Source: a virus
Lineage: Duplodnaviria > Caudoviricetes
Reading direction: 5' to 3' (one strand)
DNA: 64,000 bases
IMG/VR virus record: IMGVR_UViG_3300025875_000006
Coordinates: 1 to 64,000 of that record
In this document: positions 18,892-28,204 of the stretch, piece by piece
Layout: every line of letters starts with the position of its first letter
Numbering within the stretch: the first letter of the stretch is position 1
Made by a program: the position numbers and the translations under genes
Notes under the pieces: generated by a model
The model's input: only the letters and a program-made list of their open reading frames with translations
The model's database searches: none
What the model was told of the DNA's origin: nothing

Positions 18892-18936
18892 GCAGCCAGT
18901 ATGCACGATCTGACTCAACACGCTAGGGGGTTGTCT

Positions 18937-18972
18937 GTTGACACTGTTGAGAAAGCCTGCCAGACTGCTCCC
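18937..18972 (+). promoter_or_regulatory. Tandem-motif leaderless promoter, divergent from the tRNA-like RNA promoter
   Basis: GTTGACA ct GTTGAGA-N8-CAGACT-N6-ATG. Confidence 0.75.
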
Positions 18973-19236
18973 ATGACGCAGACCCGCCCCGTACCCGGCC
19001 AGCCCGTCCACCCGATCAGCCAGCCGGTCCCCTACGCCTCCGACCGCGAGATCGAGCGCGAGGTCGCCCGCATCGCCGAGCTGGGCCAGCATGACCCGGA
19101 GGCCGCGCACGTCGCCGCCGACGAGCTGGTGAAGACCGTGCTGGAGACCATCGCCGGTGGCCACGCCCAGTACGCCTACCTCGCGGTCGCCGCGCTGAAG
19201 GTCTGGGACCTGGACTTCCCCCGCTGGGCCGCCTGA
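18973..19236 (+). CDS. Hypothetical protein (MTQ start), lone + gene in the - arm
   Basis: MTQTRPV; own promoter and terminator. Confidence 0.7.
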   Translation: MTQTRPVPGQPVHPISQPVPYASDREIEREVARIAELGQHDPEAAHVAADELVKTVLETIAGGHAQYAYLAVAALKVWDLDFPRWAA

Positions 19237-19255
19237 CCCCATCCCGCGCACAGCA

Positions 19256-19286
19256 GAGAGCCCCCGGCCGATGGCCGGGGGCTCTC
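19256..19286. terminator. Bidirectional terminator
   Basis: GAGAGCCCCCGGCC-gat-GGCCGGGGGCTCTC between convergent genes. Confidence 0.8.
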
Positions 19287-19292
19287 GTGCGT

Positions 19293-19532
19293 TCAGGCGA
19301 TGGGCCGGTGCTTGCGCCAGCTGCGACGCCGGGCCGCGCCCGTCTCGTCGTGCGGGCCCGTCCAGCCGCACTCGCAGAGCGCGTGGCCGAAGCCGCCCAC
19401 GCCACGTCCGCCCAGGTCGCCGCGACGGTTGACACGCTGGACGCCCGAGTGGACGTCGCAGGGCCAGTGCGAGCACGCCTGAGCGGTGTGCGGTGCGCCC
19501 CGAGCGATCAGCCGGTGGCCGGGGGAGCGCAC
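19293..19532 (-). CDS. Small Zn-binding hypothetical
   Basis: HALCECGWTG motif. Confidence 0.5.
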   Translation of the reverse strand: MRSPGHRLIARGAPHTAQACSHWPCDVHSGVQRVNRRGDLGGRGVGGFGHALCECGWTGPHDETGAARRRSWRKHRPIA

Positions 19533-19539
19533 GGGAGGT

Positions 19540-19629
19540 TCAGACCAGCGGGGTGCGCGGGGTCTGGGCCTGGGCGTGGACCAGGACCCGCGCGAGCCCG
19601 GCGAGCAGTCCGAGCGTGAGCAGCAGCAT
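19540..19629 (-). CDS. 29-aa hydrophobic peptide
   Basis: MLLLTLGLLAGLARVLVHAQAQTPRTPLV*, GAGGGG RBS. Confidence 0.45.
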   Translation of the reverse strand: MLLLTLGLLAGLARVLVHAQAQTPRTPLV

Positions 19630-19694
19630 GACGACCCCTCTACCCCGTGTTGAGGGGGTTCATGCTCCTCCATCGGGGCACAGAAGGGGGCTGC

Positions 19695-19796
19695 CTACTC
19701 CACGGTCGGGTGGATCAGCCGGATGGAGTCCCTGGTCAGGCCGCCAACGGCGAGCATGAACAGCACCGCCTGCGCCGCTTCCCAGAGGTTCATCAC
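19695..19796 (-). CDS. 32/33-aa hydrophobic peptide
   Basis: (V)MNLWEAAQAVLFMLAVGGLTRDSIRLIHPTVE*; TAAACT-N6-GTG leaderless geometry. Confidence 0.45.
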   Translation of the reverse strand: MMNLWEAAQAVLFMLAVGGLTRDSIRLIHPTVE

Positions 19797-19871
19797 ACCC
19801 TGAGTTTACCGGAGCACAGTCTGTCACCGGTAGCAACACGAGCCCGGGACAGCAAGAAGCCCCCGTCCGGG

Positions 19872-20261
19872 CTACGTGCGGAGGTAGGACGCTGCCGCCT
19901 CCAACCGCTCCGGGTCGTCTCCGAAGATGCCCAGACCGAGGTTGCAGCTGTTGCAGAGCACGCCCCGGACGTTCCCTTGACGGTGGCAGTGGTCCAGGCG
20001 GAGGTCAGCGGTGGACCCGCAGATCGCGCAGCTCCCGGCTGCCTCGACCAGCTCGCGGGCTTCGCTCACGCGCAACCCGTGCGGCTGGACACGGTCATGC
20101 CGTGCCGGGCTGTTCCGCTGGGACTGGACGGCGACTGGGCAGCGCGGTACGCGCCGCTGTTGCACCGTGCGGTAGGCGAGCACCACCGGGCCGCACGCGG
20201 CGCACCGGCCGGTACCCGCTGCGGTGTCGATGTCCGTCAACCGGTGCAGCCACTTCCCCAT
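19872..20261 (-). CDS. Endonuclease VII-family nuclease
   Basis: CAICG..LRLDHCH..VRGVLCNSCNLGLG; TACGGT-N6-ATG. Confidence 0.85.
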   Translation of the reverse strand: MGKWLHRLTDIDTAAGTGRCAACGPVVLAYRTVQQRRVPRCPVAVQSQRNSPARHDRVQPHGLRVSEARELVEAAGSCAICGSTADLRLDHCHRQGNVRGVLCNSCNLGLGIFGDDPERLEAAASYLRT

Positions 20262-20353
20262 CGACCGACCGTAGCGCAAGAAACCCCCGCACCCTGGGCG
20301 AGGGGTGACGGGGGCTTCCTGGCGGCCAGCGGGGGATGCTGGTGCTGACCACC

Positions 20354-20911
20354 CTACTGGGCGGCCGGGACCGCCTCGGGCCGCTTCGGCGGGCTGACGG
20401 TCCAGCCCAGGCCCTCCAGCAGGTTGACGGCCTGCTGGCGCTGGCTGTCGGTGCGGGAGACCTGGTCGCGGCGGATGGCCTCGTCCCGGGTGATCCGCGT
20501 GCGCTGCTCGGCCTCCAGCCAGCCCTGGGGGTCCAGGAAGTAGGCGCGGGGCACCAGCACGGTGGCGTCCTCCACCAGCTCCTCCGCGCCGTCGTAGATG
20601 GCCAGCTGGTGGAAGGCCAGCGCCTCGGACGTGCTCGCGGTCAGGTCCAGCTGGTCCAGCTCGGGCTCGAAGGGCAGGCCCCACTGGTGCGGCATCTTGC
20701 CCCGGGTGCTGCGGGCGGGCAGGAAGGCGGAGCAGAAGCGGGCGTACTGGGTCAGCAGGCGCTGGAACTCGACGCGCTCCTGGACCCGCCCGGCGACCCG
20801 GACGTTGTCCAGGGTGCGCTCGGCGGCGGCGGCGACGTCCAGCAGCTCCAGGGCGATGTTCTGGCCCTGGGCCTGCTGCTCGCGGGTGGCGGTGGAGGGG
20901 TGGAAGGTCAC
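20354..20911 (-). CDS. Hypothetical protein
   Basis: 185 aa, strong coding pattern. Confidence 0.65.
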   Translation of the reverse strand: MTFHPSTATREQQAQGQNIALELLDVAAAAERTLDNVRVAGRVQERVEFQRLLTQYARFCSAFLPARSTRGKMPHQWGLPFEPELDQLDLTASTSEALAFHQLAIYDGAEELVEDATVLVPRAYFLDPQGWLEAEQRTRITRDEAIRRDQVSRTDSQRQQAVNLLEGLGWTVSPPKRPEAVPAAQ

Positions 20912-20940
20912 GGCGGGCTCCTGGGGAGATCGGCGAGCGG

Positions 20941-21231
20941 TCAGTGGTGCAGGACGGAGAACTGGACGCCGGTGTCCTCGGTCAGCTGCTCGGCCCGGCG
21001 CATCGCCATCTCGTAGGTGCGGTAGGTCCGGGTGAAGTCGCTGGACGGGCTGGCGACCGTGAAGCCGGGGGAGGTCTTGCGGGCGGTCAGGCGGGCGACG
21101 TAGCGCTGGATCAGGAAGATCACGGCGACGATCAGTACCGCGCTGAGCGGGAAGGCGAAGGTCTTGGCCAGGCCCAGGAGGACCAGGGTCCAGTCGGTGG
21201 AGGCGGCTGCGGTGGCTGCGTTCTGCGTCAT
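20941..21231 (-). CDS. Small membrane protein (MTQ start)
   Basis: MTQNAAT, one TM segment; tandem-motif promoter at 21232-21267. Confidence 0.7.
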   Translation of the reverse strand: MTQNAATAAASTDWTLVLLGLAKTFAFPLSAVLIVAVIFLIQRYVARLTARKTSPGFTVASPSSDFTRTYRTYEMAMRRAEQLTEDTGVQFSVLHH

Positions 21232-21474
21232 GCCAGAAGTATGCGCCACAGTGTCAACAGTGTCAACACGCGACACGCCAGTCAGCTGGCGAAGTTCCGG
21301 TGCACTCCCCAGACGGTGGCGACCACCAGCACGGCGATCAGGGCCAGCGCGGTCAGCAGGACCGGTACCCCGGCCTGGTGGCCCAGGATGATCCCGGTCC
21401 AGTACGGGGCGATGCTCGCGGACAGCACGTCGTCGGCCCAGACCTGCGCGGGTGACCGCTGGTCGTCCACGCGG

Positions 21475-21753
21475 TCAGGGTAGGACGGTCGTCCCCGCGC
21501 CGGGTCCCGCCCCGAGCACCCGCAGCTCCACCGACGTGTCAACCAGGCCGCGCAGCTGGGCGGTGTGCTCCCGGGCCCAGTGCGCGGCCAGGGCGACGTC
21601 GGCCATCGTCTCGGCCAGCCCCTCGATCAGCCAGCACGTCCGGACGGTGAGGCCGTCCCAGCGCAGCGGGATCAGCGACTCCGGCGGGCCGTAGGCGGCC
21701 ACCGGGGCCCCGAAGGGGTCGTACTCCCAGTCGCAGAGCACGCACGCGCTCAC
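21475..21753 (-). CDS. Hypothetical protein
   Basis: GTGA-coupled, CVLC motif. Confidence 0.5.
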   Translation of the reverse strand: MSACVLCDWEYDPFGAPVAAYGPPESLIPLRWDGLTVRTCWLIEGLAETMADVALAAHWAREHTAQLRGLVDTSVELRVLGAGPGAGTTVLP

Positions 21754-22262
21754 GGGCCGTCCAGCCACCCGTCCACCGCGTGCGGGGCCTCGGGCTCCGG
21801 GACGTAGGGCCGGATCACGTCCGGGGCGTCGAAGAACCACCGGTTGAGCGCCAGGAAGCGGTGCAGCTGGCTCCGGGCCTCCCGGTGGTCCACCGGCACG
21901 GTGGACGCCCAGCGCCGGGGCAGGACGTCCTCCAGGTGCGTGACCGGCTCCCGGTCGCGCAGCCACACCCCGCTGTACTTCTGCTTGGCGAAGCGCCGGT
22001 GGTAGGTCTCGACCACGAGCTGGACGGCCTCGTCGCGGGTGCGGCGGTGGCCGATCTGCTCGCGGTTGACACCGTCCGGCGGTAGGTACAGCTCGGCCGT
22101 CCAGCCGCCGCCGCCGAAGACGATGCCGATGGGCTGGTCCGGCCACTTCGGCAGCACGACCTCGGCCCAGCCCCTGCCCGCCCGGGTGATGACGCCCTTG
22201 TAGACGAAGATCGGGTCATCGGTCAGGCGGCCCGGCTCCCGGATCGGGATGTCGCGGGGCAT
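21750..22262 (-). CDS. Hypothetical protein
   Basis: MPRDIPIREP start, coupled. Confidence 0.6.
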   Translation of the reverse strand: MPRDIPIREPGRLTDDPIFVYKGVITRAGRGWAEVVLPKWPDQPIGIVFGGGGWTAELYLPPDGVNREQIGHRRTRDEAVQLVVETYHRRFAKQKYSGVWLRDREPVTHLEDVLPRRWASTVPVDHREARSQLHRFLALNRWFFDAPDVIRPYVPEPEAPHAVDGWLDGP

Positions 22263-23026
22263 CAGCTCGGCCTCCCCTGGCGCAGCTCGTAGTCCTGCTC
22301 CGGCATCCGGCCGGGCACCCGCAGGCGGTTGATCTCGGCGGGCCCCAGGTCCACCGTGGCGACGTAGCGGTAGGGGTCGTCCTCGCGCTTGCGGTCGCGG
22401 TTCAGGTAGCCCTCCACCCACGGCCGGTAGGCCTCGGCCTGCTCCTGGGTCTGGCACGCCAGGTAGCACCAGCCCTCCGGGTCCTTGCCGGGGAACGGGT
22501 GCGGCTCGTTGGGCTGGCGGACCATGACGCGCCAGCACTCGACCTTCGGCCAGTTCCGTGTCAACTGCTGGGTCAGCGCGATGGCGGCGGCCAGCCGGGG
22601 TGCGCGCTCCAGCGGCACGACGTCGTCGTCCTCGCCCAATGCCGCGTCCAGCTCCTCGCTGATGGCGTCGGTCAGCTGGAGGTAGGTGGTGCCCTTGGCC
22701 AGGCCCCCGGCCTCCAGCGGCACGTGGTGCCGGGCGTGCTCCCCGGTGACCAGGTCGCCGTGCCAGCCGCCCAGCAGCGGGTGCAGGTCGTTGGCGTCCT
22801 CCGGCCAGCTCGGCGTGGCCGTCAGCACGGTGGCGTGGATGTGGTGGTCGGCGCGCACCAGCGCCTTGTACTCGTCGCTGTCGGCGTCGAAGCGGTGCAC
22901 CTCGCGCGTCCAGCCGCCGCACGAGCACGTGCCCGTCAGCAGCGGCAGGGGTCGGTAGGGCGGCTGGCCCGCGTGGTAGTCGCGGGAGCCCTTCACCAGG
23001 GTCAGGCAGTGGCCGACGGCGCTCAC
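22262..23026 (-). CDS. Hypothetical protein
   Basis: 254 aa, CSCGGW motif. Confidence 0.6.
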   Translation of the reverse strand: MSAVGHCLTLVKGSRDYHAGQPPYRPLPLLTGTCSCGGWTREVHRFDADSDEYKALVRADHHIHATVLTATPSWPEDANDLHPLLGGWHGDLVTGEHARHHVPLEAGGLAKGTTYLQLTDAISEELDAALGEDDDVVPLERAPRLAAAIALTQQLTRNWPKVECWRVMVRQPNEPHPFPGKDPEGWCYLACQTQEQAEAYRPWVEGYLNRDRKREDDPYRYVATVDLGPAEINRLRVPGRMPEQDYELRQGRPS

Positions 23027-23132
23027 GCGGTCCTCCGGGAACGGACGGTGCCGACGGCCAGCGCGAAGGGCAGCCAGAGCGGCAGGGTGAAGACCAGCAC
23101 CAGCTGGCGAGTCAGGGACATCGGGCGCTCGG

Positions 23133-23474
23133 TCACGCGGCGTAGCCCATGTAGACCGAGCCCTGGAGGATGGCCCAGCGCGCGAAGCTGGCGTCCAGCT
23201 TGCCCGCCTCGGCGGCCTCGCTGATCTCCCGGCAGGCGAAGTCGCAGGTGGCCTTCCAGTGCGCCGTGCGGCCCAGCGCCGGGCCCTCGGTGGTCATCCG
23301 GTTGGCGATGGCCTTCAGCTCGTCCAGGGTCGGCTCGGCCGGGAGCGGGAGGCCGGTGCCCTTCAGCGCGCTGACCAGCAGGATGTGCTCGTTGATCGGG
23401 TCGATGCAGGACTTCACGAAGGCGTAGCGGCGGTCGGTGGGGGAGAGCTTCGGGGTGGTGAGCGTCTGCGTCAT
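23133..23474 (-). CDS. Hypothetical protein (MTQ start)
   Basis: MTQTLTT; tandem-motif promoter at 23475-23510. Confidence 0.7.
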   Translation of the reverse strand: MTQTLTTPKLSPTDRRYAFVKSCIDPINEHILLVSALKGTGLPLPAEPTLDELKAIANRMTTEGPALGRTAHWKATCDFACREISEAAEAGKLDASFARWAILQGSVYMGYAA

Positions 23475-23552
23475 GGCACAAGTATGAAGCCCCGTGTCAA
23501 CAGTGTCAACACGGGGCCCCATCAGCGTGTCCCGGACACCCGGGCGGGTGAA

Positions 23553-24422
23553 TCAGCCGCGCTGGTTGTGGCGGTTCTTCCGGCCGCGACGGCGGCCCTT
23601 GCGCCCGCCACCGTTGCCGGTCGGCTGCTGGCCCGACCGCAGGGACGCGGCCCGGTCGCGGTCGTGCGCCCGACGGTCGGCCTCGACCTGCGCCCAGTCC
23701 CGGGGACCCGGCAGCGTGTCGGAGAACCCGATGGCGGCCAGCCCGCCCTCGTCCCGGGCGTCCAGCGCGCGGGCGTTGTCCTCGGCCTCGTCCAGGTGCA
23801 CCTGCTGCTCCTCCGGCGTCAGGCTGTTCCACCAGGCGGCGTCGTCCTCGATGACCGATCCCAGCTCGATCAGCTCGTCGGCCAGCGACGACATCGGCTC
23901 CGGGTCGCGGGCCGGGTCGCCACCCTGCCAGCTGCGGTTGTCCCAGTCGTAGTCCCCGGCGCGCAGCGCGCCCCGGCTCTCGCTGCCGGTGTAGGGCAGC
24001 GAGGTCTGACCGGTGCCCGGCCGGGTGTCGCGCTTCGGCGGCGTCCAGGGCTTGACCACGGACTTCAGGCGCGGGGTCCGGGAGTAGGGCGCGTAGGGCT
24101 GGAGAGCGGCCATCGCGGTCCAGAAGCCGTAGTAGGCCGACCGGCGGTTGCCGTGCTCGGTGGGGGAGGACTTGGCCAGCGCGACGTCCTTGAAGTGCCC
24201 CTTGATCGTGTCGTCCATGATCATCTGGGTCATGCGCTCGGCCAGCTGGACCTTCGTGATCTTGGCCCGGAAGTAGTAGTCCGCGCCCGGCTTCTCGATC
24301 ACCTCGACGCCGGGGAAGTTGCGCTCCAGGTCTTCCCGGACGCGGGCCCGGAGGTGGACGACGGTGTCGTCCTTGCGGTCAACGACGAAGGTGAAGAAGC
24401 CGTGCTCGGTGACGATCCACAT
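23553..24422 (-). CDS. Hypothetical phage protein
   Basis: MWIVTEHGFF..LRAR..DY.FRA pattern; promoter at 24470-24489. Confidence 0.7.
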   Translation of the reverse strand: MWIVTEHGFFTFVVDRKDDTVVHLRARVREDLERNFPGVEVIEKPGADYYFRAKITKVQLAERMTQMIMDDTIKGHFKDVALAKSSPTEHGNRRSAYYGFWTAMAALQPYAPYSRTPRLKSVVKPWTPPKRDTRPGTGQTSLPYTGSESRGALRAGDYDWDNRSWQGGDPARDPEPMSSLADELIELGSVIEDDAAWWNSLTPEEQQVHLDEAEDNARALDARDEGGLAAIGFSDTLPGPRDWAQVEADRRAHDRDRAASLRSGQQPTGNGGGRKGRRRGRKNRHNQRG

Positions 24423-24534
24423 GGCGGGGGGTCCAATCGGTCGGTGCGCTGCTGCTGCGTCTGAATGAGAGTATGTCACGTTTGTCAACAGAGTGTGGGA
24501 GGGGGCCCCGTAGAGCCCCCTCCCGCGTGCCGGG

Positions 24535-25167
24535 CTACTCGCCCAGCAGGGCAGCCACGGCGCGGTCCCGGATGTCCTGGAGGGCGCTGACGCGGGCCTC
24601 GGCGTCCTCGGCCAGGGCCTGCCACTCGGCGACCTCGGCGCGCAGCCGGTAGACCTCGGCCAGCACGGCTTCGGGGTCCTCCAGCTCACGGCGGTGTGTC
24701 GCGCGGTGGCGGTCCAGGTTGCCCGGCGAGAAGGGCTGGAGGCAGACCGGGCAGTTGACCCGGACGTGCACCCGGACGTGATGGACGCTCAGGGCCTGCT
24801 TTGTGGCGAAGGGCCGCAGGCACTCCGGGCACAGCTGCGGGACCTCGACGGGTACGGCGACCGTGTCAACCGGGTCTGCTGCGGGCTCCGGCTCGGGAGC
24901 CGCTTCCGTCTGAATCGGCTCGGTCTCGGATTCGGCGACGGCCTGCTCGCGCAGCCAGCGGCGGTAGACGGCCACCTGGTTGGTCATGTGCCGTCGGCTG
25001 CCCGCCTTCGGCGTGATGGAGCACGTCGTGACGCCATCGGGGGCGAACATGAACACGTGGCCGCTGGCCCCCAGTCGGCCGGTCCAGCCGCTGGCCTCCA
25101 TCTGGCGTACCAGGGCCACACCGTCCTTGTGGAAGCTGCTGGGCAGCTTCACCGCCTCGGCGGTCAT
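24535..25167 (-). CDS. HicA-like N-terminus, C2H2 Zn fingers, coiled coil
   Basis: GWTGRLGASGHVFMFAPDG; CPEC..H..H and CPVC..H..H. Confidence 0.55.
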   Translation of the reverse strand: MTAEAVKLPSSFHKDGVALVRQMEASGWTGRLGASGHVFMFAPDGVTTCSITPKAGSRRHMTNQVAVYRRWLREQAVAESETEPIQTEAAPEPEPAADPVDTVAVPVEVPQLCPECLRPFATKQALSVHHVRVHVRVNCPVCLQPFSPGNLDRHRATHRRELEDPEAVLAEVYRLRAEVAEWQALAEDAEARVSALQDIRDRAVAALLGE

Positions 25168-25349
25168 CGTCCGGCCGCCAGGACTCCCAGGACAGCCGCG
25201 CCGCCCAGGGTCACAGCCAGCGCGATCAGCGCGACGACCGGAGCAGGAAGTACCGGAGCGAGGACGATGCCCAGCAGGATGGCCAGGCCGAACAGGCCCA
25301 GGAAGCACAGGGCGATGAGTACGGGGTGAGGGCTGCGGCTCTGCGTCAT
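25164..25349 (-). CDS. Two-TM small membrane protein (MTQ start)
   Basis: 61 aa; tandem-motif promoter at 25350-25386. Confidence 0.65.
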   Translation of the reverse strand: MTQSRSPHPVLIALCFLGLFGLAILLGIVLAPVLPAPVVALIALAVTLGGAAVLGVLAAGR

Positions 25350-25393
25350 GGGAGAAGTATGACACAGCTATCTCAACAGTGTCAACACGGGGC

Positions 25394-25924
25394 CTACCCC
25401 GGCGTGGCGGCTGCCTCCGCGTCGTCGCCGCGCGCTGCCTCGATGTCGGTCTGCGCCTGGGCGCTGGCCTTCTCCGAGCGGGTGGGCGTCCCCCAGGGCA
25501 CGCGCAGCGGGGGCGGCGTGGGGATGCTCTCCGGCGGCACACCCCGGCTGATGGCGTCCTGCTGCATCATGTAGTCCCAGCCCATGTGGGCGTTGATCAG
25601 CCGGTCCATCGCGTCCCGGTGCTCGAACAGCTCGCCCACCTGGCTCTCCAGCCCGGCCATCTTCCGGGCCAGGAACTCCTGGCCCTCGGTGGCCTCGCTG
25701 AGCATCTTCTGGCGGCGCGCGCGGCGCTCCTCGGCCTCGCGGTTCTCCCGGGCCTCGCCGAACGACCGGACCCACCGGGCGAACTTCCCGACCGGGCCGG
25801 ACAGCTTCTCGGCCGTCTGCGTGCCCATGATCAGGATGAAGATGACGATGAGGACCCACTGGACGATGACGTTGTCCTTGATGGCCTCGAACATCTCGGC
25901 TGGCAGCCCTGCCAGTCCGCCCAT
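25394..25924 (-). CDS. Membrane protein with coiled coil (lysis-cassette type)
   Basis: N-terminal TM segment followed by a charged helix. Confidence 0.6.
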   Translation of the reverse strand: MGGLAGLPAEMFEAIKDNVIVQWVLIVIFILIMGTQTAEKLSGPVGKFARWVRSFGEARENREAEERRARRQKMLSEATEGQEFLARKMAGLESQVGELFEHRDAMDRLINAHMGWDYMMQQDAISRGVPPESIPTPPPLRVPWGTPTRSEKASAQAQTDIEAARGDDAEAAATPG

Positions 25925-25947
25925 CGGGTCCTCCTCGACAGCCAGCA

Positions 25948-26616
25948 TCAGGCGAGCCCGAGGCGGTGGAAGTCCTCCTCCTCCTCGCGCCGCAGCCGCT
26001 CCTCGCGCCGGGCCAACACCTGGGTGCCGAAGCCGAAGACGAAGTGCAGGACCGCCGCGCCCAGGAAGCCGTTGCCGGTGCGGTACCCGTCGCCGAGCCC
26101 GTAGGCCGCGATCCACCCGCCCAGCACCAGCGCCACGATCCCGAAGATGAAGGCCGCGATGTCGGGGATGTAGCGGGAGTCGGTGGCCAGCAGGAAGGCG
26201 GCCAGGATCAGCAGGGCGCTCCCGCCTCCGGCCTTCAGCCAGCTGTCAACCGGGCTCTCGCGCAGGAACGTGATGCCCAGGACCAGGTAGGCCGCACCGA
26301 CGAACAGGTGGCCCATGCTCAGCGGCTTGGCCCAGCCGGTGGCCAGGCCGAAGAAGGCGACCCCGGCCGGGATCAGGAAGGCCAGGCCCAGCACCTCCAG
26401 CGGGATGTCCTGCTCGATGCCCACCAGCGTCGCCGACGCGGCCTCCGTGTCGCTGCCGGAGGTGGCGTAGTCCATCCCGCGCTGGGCGGCCGTCCAGATG
26501 ATGACCACCTGGGCGATGAGCAGGACGGCGTTGTAGCTGCCCGGCCGCCAGGTGCCGCGCAGGTGGAGCCCGCACAGACGCGCCCAGGCGGAGCGCAGGC
26601 GGGTGGCGATGGTCAT
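25948..26616 (-). CDS. Multi-pass membrane protein
   Basis: 222 aa, about 6 hydrophobic segments, next to the holin. Confidence 0.7.
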   Translation of the reverse strand: MTIATRLRSAWARLCGLHLRGTWRPGSYNAVLLIAQVVIIWTAAQRGMDYATSGSDTEAASATLVGIEQDIPLEVLGLAFLIPAGVAFFGLATGWAKPLSMGHLFVGAAYLVLGITFLRESPVDSWLKAGGGSALLILAAFLLATDSRYIPDIAAFIFGIVALVLGGWIAAYGLGDGYRTGNGFLGAAVLHFVFGFGTQVLARREERLRREEEEDFHRLGLA

Positions 26617-27086
26617 GTGCCCTCGGGGGTGAGTCGGTTCCCGGCAGCGTCCCGGGGATCGGACAGGGGAGTGACCTTGTTGCGGGCCTTGATCCAGGCC
26701 ATGAAGTACGGGCCCATCAGCGCCCAGGCACCGCCGATGGCCAGGATGGCGTTGGACGCCTGGAGGGCGATGCCCTCGACGTCCAGGCCCTGGATGCTCG
26801 CGGGGAGCAACGGAGCGAACAGCCGCAGCAGTCCGCCGACGGCGAGGATCACACCGGAGACGGCTCCGGCGATCTTCGCGGCGTTCAGGACCGGCTCGGG
26901 GCGCTTGCCGTCGGCGGGAGCGGGGGGTGTCTCCTGCGCAAGGGTGGGGGTCTCTCCGCCAGGAACAGGGGGTTGCTCCGCTGGGAGCGCGGGGTCGGCC
27001 ATCTCGATGTCCTCCGTGTCAACCGCTGGCTCGGGCTCCGGAGCGAAGGCCGTAGCCCCCGCGTCCGGAGCCCGGTGCCGACCCAT
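26613..27086 (-). CDS. Holin-like protein
   Basis: EPVLNAAK...two TM segments...ARNKVTP, a pattern common in actinophage holins. Confidence 0.65.
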   Translation of the reverse strand: MGRHRAPDAGATAFAPEPEPAVDTEDIEMADPALPAEQPPVPGGETPTLAQETPPAPADGKRPEPVLNAAKIAGAVSGVILAVGGLLRLFAPLLPASIQGLDVEGIALQASNAILAIGGAWALMGPYFMAWIKARNKVTPLSDPRDAAGNRLTPEGT

Positions 27087-27676
27087 CAGGCGTCGGCGGC
27101 CTGGGCGGAGCGCTCGCGGGCGGCGGCCAGCTGCTGCTGGCGGCGCTCGTCGGACAGGCCCTGGAGCACGTTCGCGTGCTCGCCGGTGCGGACCCGGTCC
27201 AGCGCGATGCCGCCGTTGGCGTAGACGTCGGGGTTGACCGTCGTGCGGGCGACGCCGTCCTCGGACTCGCTGGCCGGGGTCTCCGGACCCTCGCCGCCGG
27301 TGGACGCCTTGGCGTCGGGGCTGGTGACGCTGGAGGTCTTGGCGGCCTCGGCCGTGCGGATGCGCTCGATCAGCTCCTCGCGCTTCCCCCGGCCGTTGAC
27401 GTCCAGGTCACCGGCGCGCTCCTGGAGCGCGCGGTAGGGCCACTTCTCCTCGTCGTCGTACTCGTCGGCCACCGGGGCCACGGCGGCACCGACCACCGGG
27501 TCCTGGTTGATGGTCACGTCGGCCTGCTGCTTCTCCCCCTCGGAGGCCTCGGTGACGTTGGCCGCCAGGGAGGACGCGCTGGCGGCCTCGGGGTGGTTGG
27601 CCGACGTGTCGTCGGGGGTGGCCGACAGGGTGGCCGTGGTCGGTTCGGTCTGCTGGTCCAGGGACTGGTCGGGCAC
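27086..27676 (-). CDS. Low-complexity protein with a small HeH/SAP-like module
   Basis: YRALQERAGDLDVNGRGKREELIERI; GAGGTG RBS. Confidence 0.55.
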   Translation of the reverse strand: MPDQSLDQQTEPTTATLSATPDDTSANHPEAASASSLAANVTEASEGEKQQADVTINQDPVVGAAVAPVADEYDDEEKWPYRALQERAGDLDVNGRGKREELIERIRTAEAAKTSSVTSPDAKASTGGEGPETPASESEDGVARTTVNPDVYANGGIALDRVRTGEHANVLQGLSDERRQQQLAAARERSAQAADA

Positions 27677-27753
27677 AGGGCACCTCGCTGGTTGCTGATG
27701 GTGGGCACGCGCGTGCTCACGGTACCGGCGGGGCATAGCACAGCGCCCCCGCG

Positions 27754-28158
27754 CTACCCCTCCAGGTAGACGGCAGCGCGGCGCAGAAGTTCAGGGTCGT
27801 CCCCGAAGTTGCCCAGGCCGTGGTTGCACCCTCGACAGAGCCAGCCACGCACCCGGCCGGTGCTGTGGCAATGGTCCACGTGCAGCGCCTTCTCGGTGGA
27901 CCCGCAGATGCGGCACCCCTGTGAGCGCTCGGCCAGCAGCTTGTCGTGCTGCTCCCGTGTCAACCCGTACTTCATCATGCGCTGCCGCCGCTGGCGGGAC
28001 TCCTCGGTTCCGCGCGGCTCCTTCGGGCGGCGGCAGACCCACGTCGTCACCCCGGCAGGCGTCTTGCGTGGCCGGATCGGAATGTCGGGTCCGCAGTGCT
28101 CGCAGGTGCCCCGGCGCTTCACGGTGTCGCGGCTGGTCAGAACATGCAAACGCCCCAT
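27754..28158 (-). CDS. Endonuclease VII-family nuclease
   Basis: CRICG..LHVDHCHSTGRVRGWLCRGCNHGLG; TAAGGT-N6-ATG. Confidence 0.85.
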   Translation of the reverse strand: MGRLHVLTSRDTVKRRGTCEHCGPDIPIRPRKTPAGVTTWVCRRPKEPRGTEESRQRRQRMMKYGLTREQHDKLLAERSQGCRICGSTEKALHVDHCHSTGRVRGWLCRGCNHGLGNFGDDPELLRRAAVYLEG

Positions 28159-28204
28159 GCCATGACCTTACGGTCTGGCATGGGACGTTGGCGGGATCGT
28201 CCGG

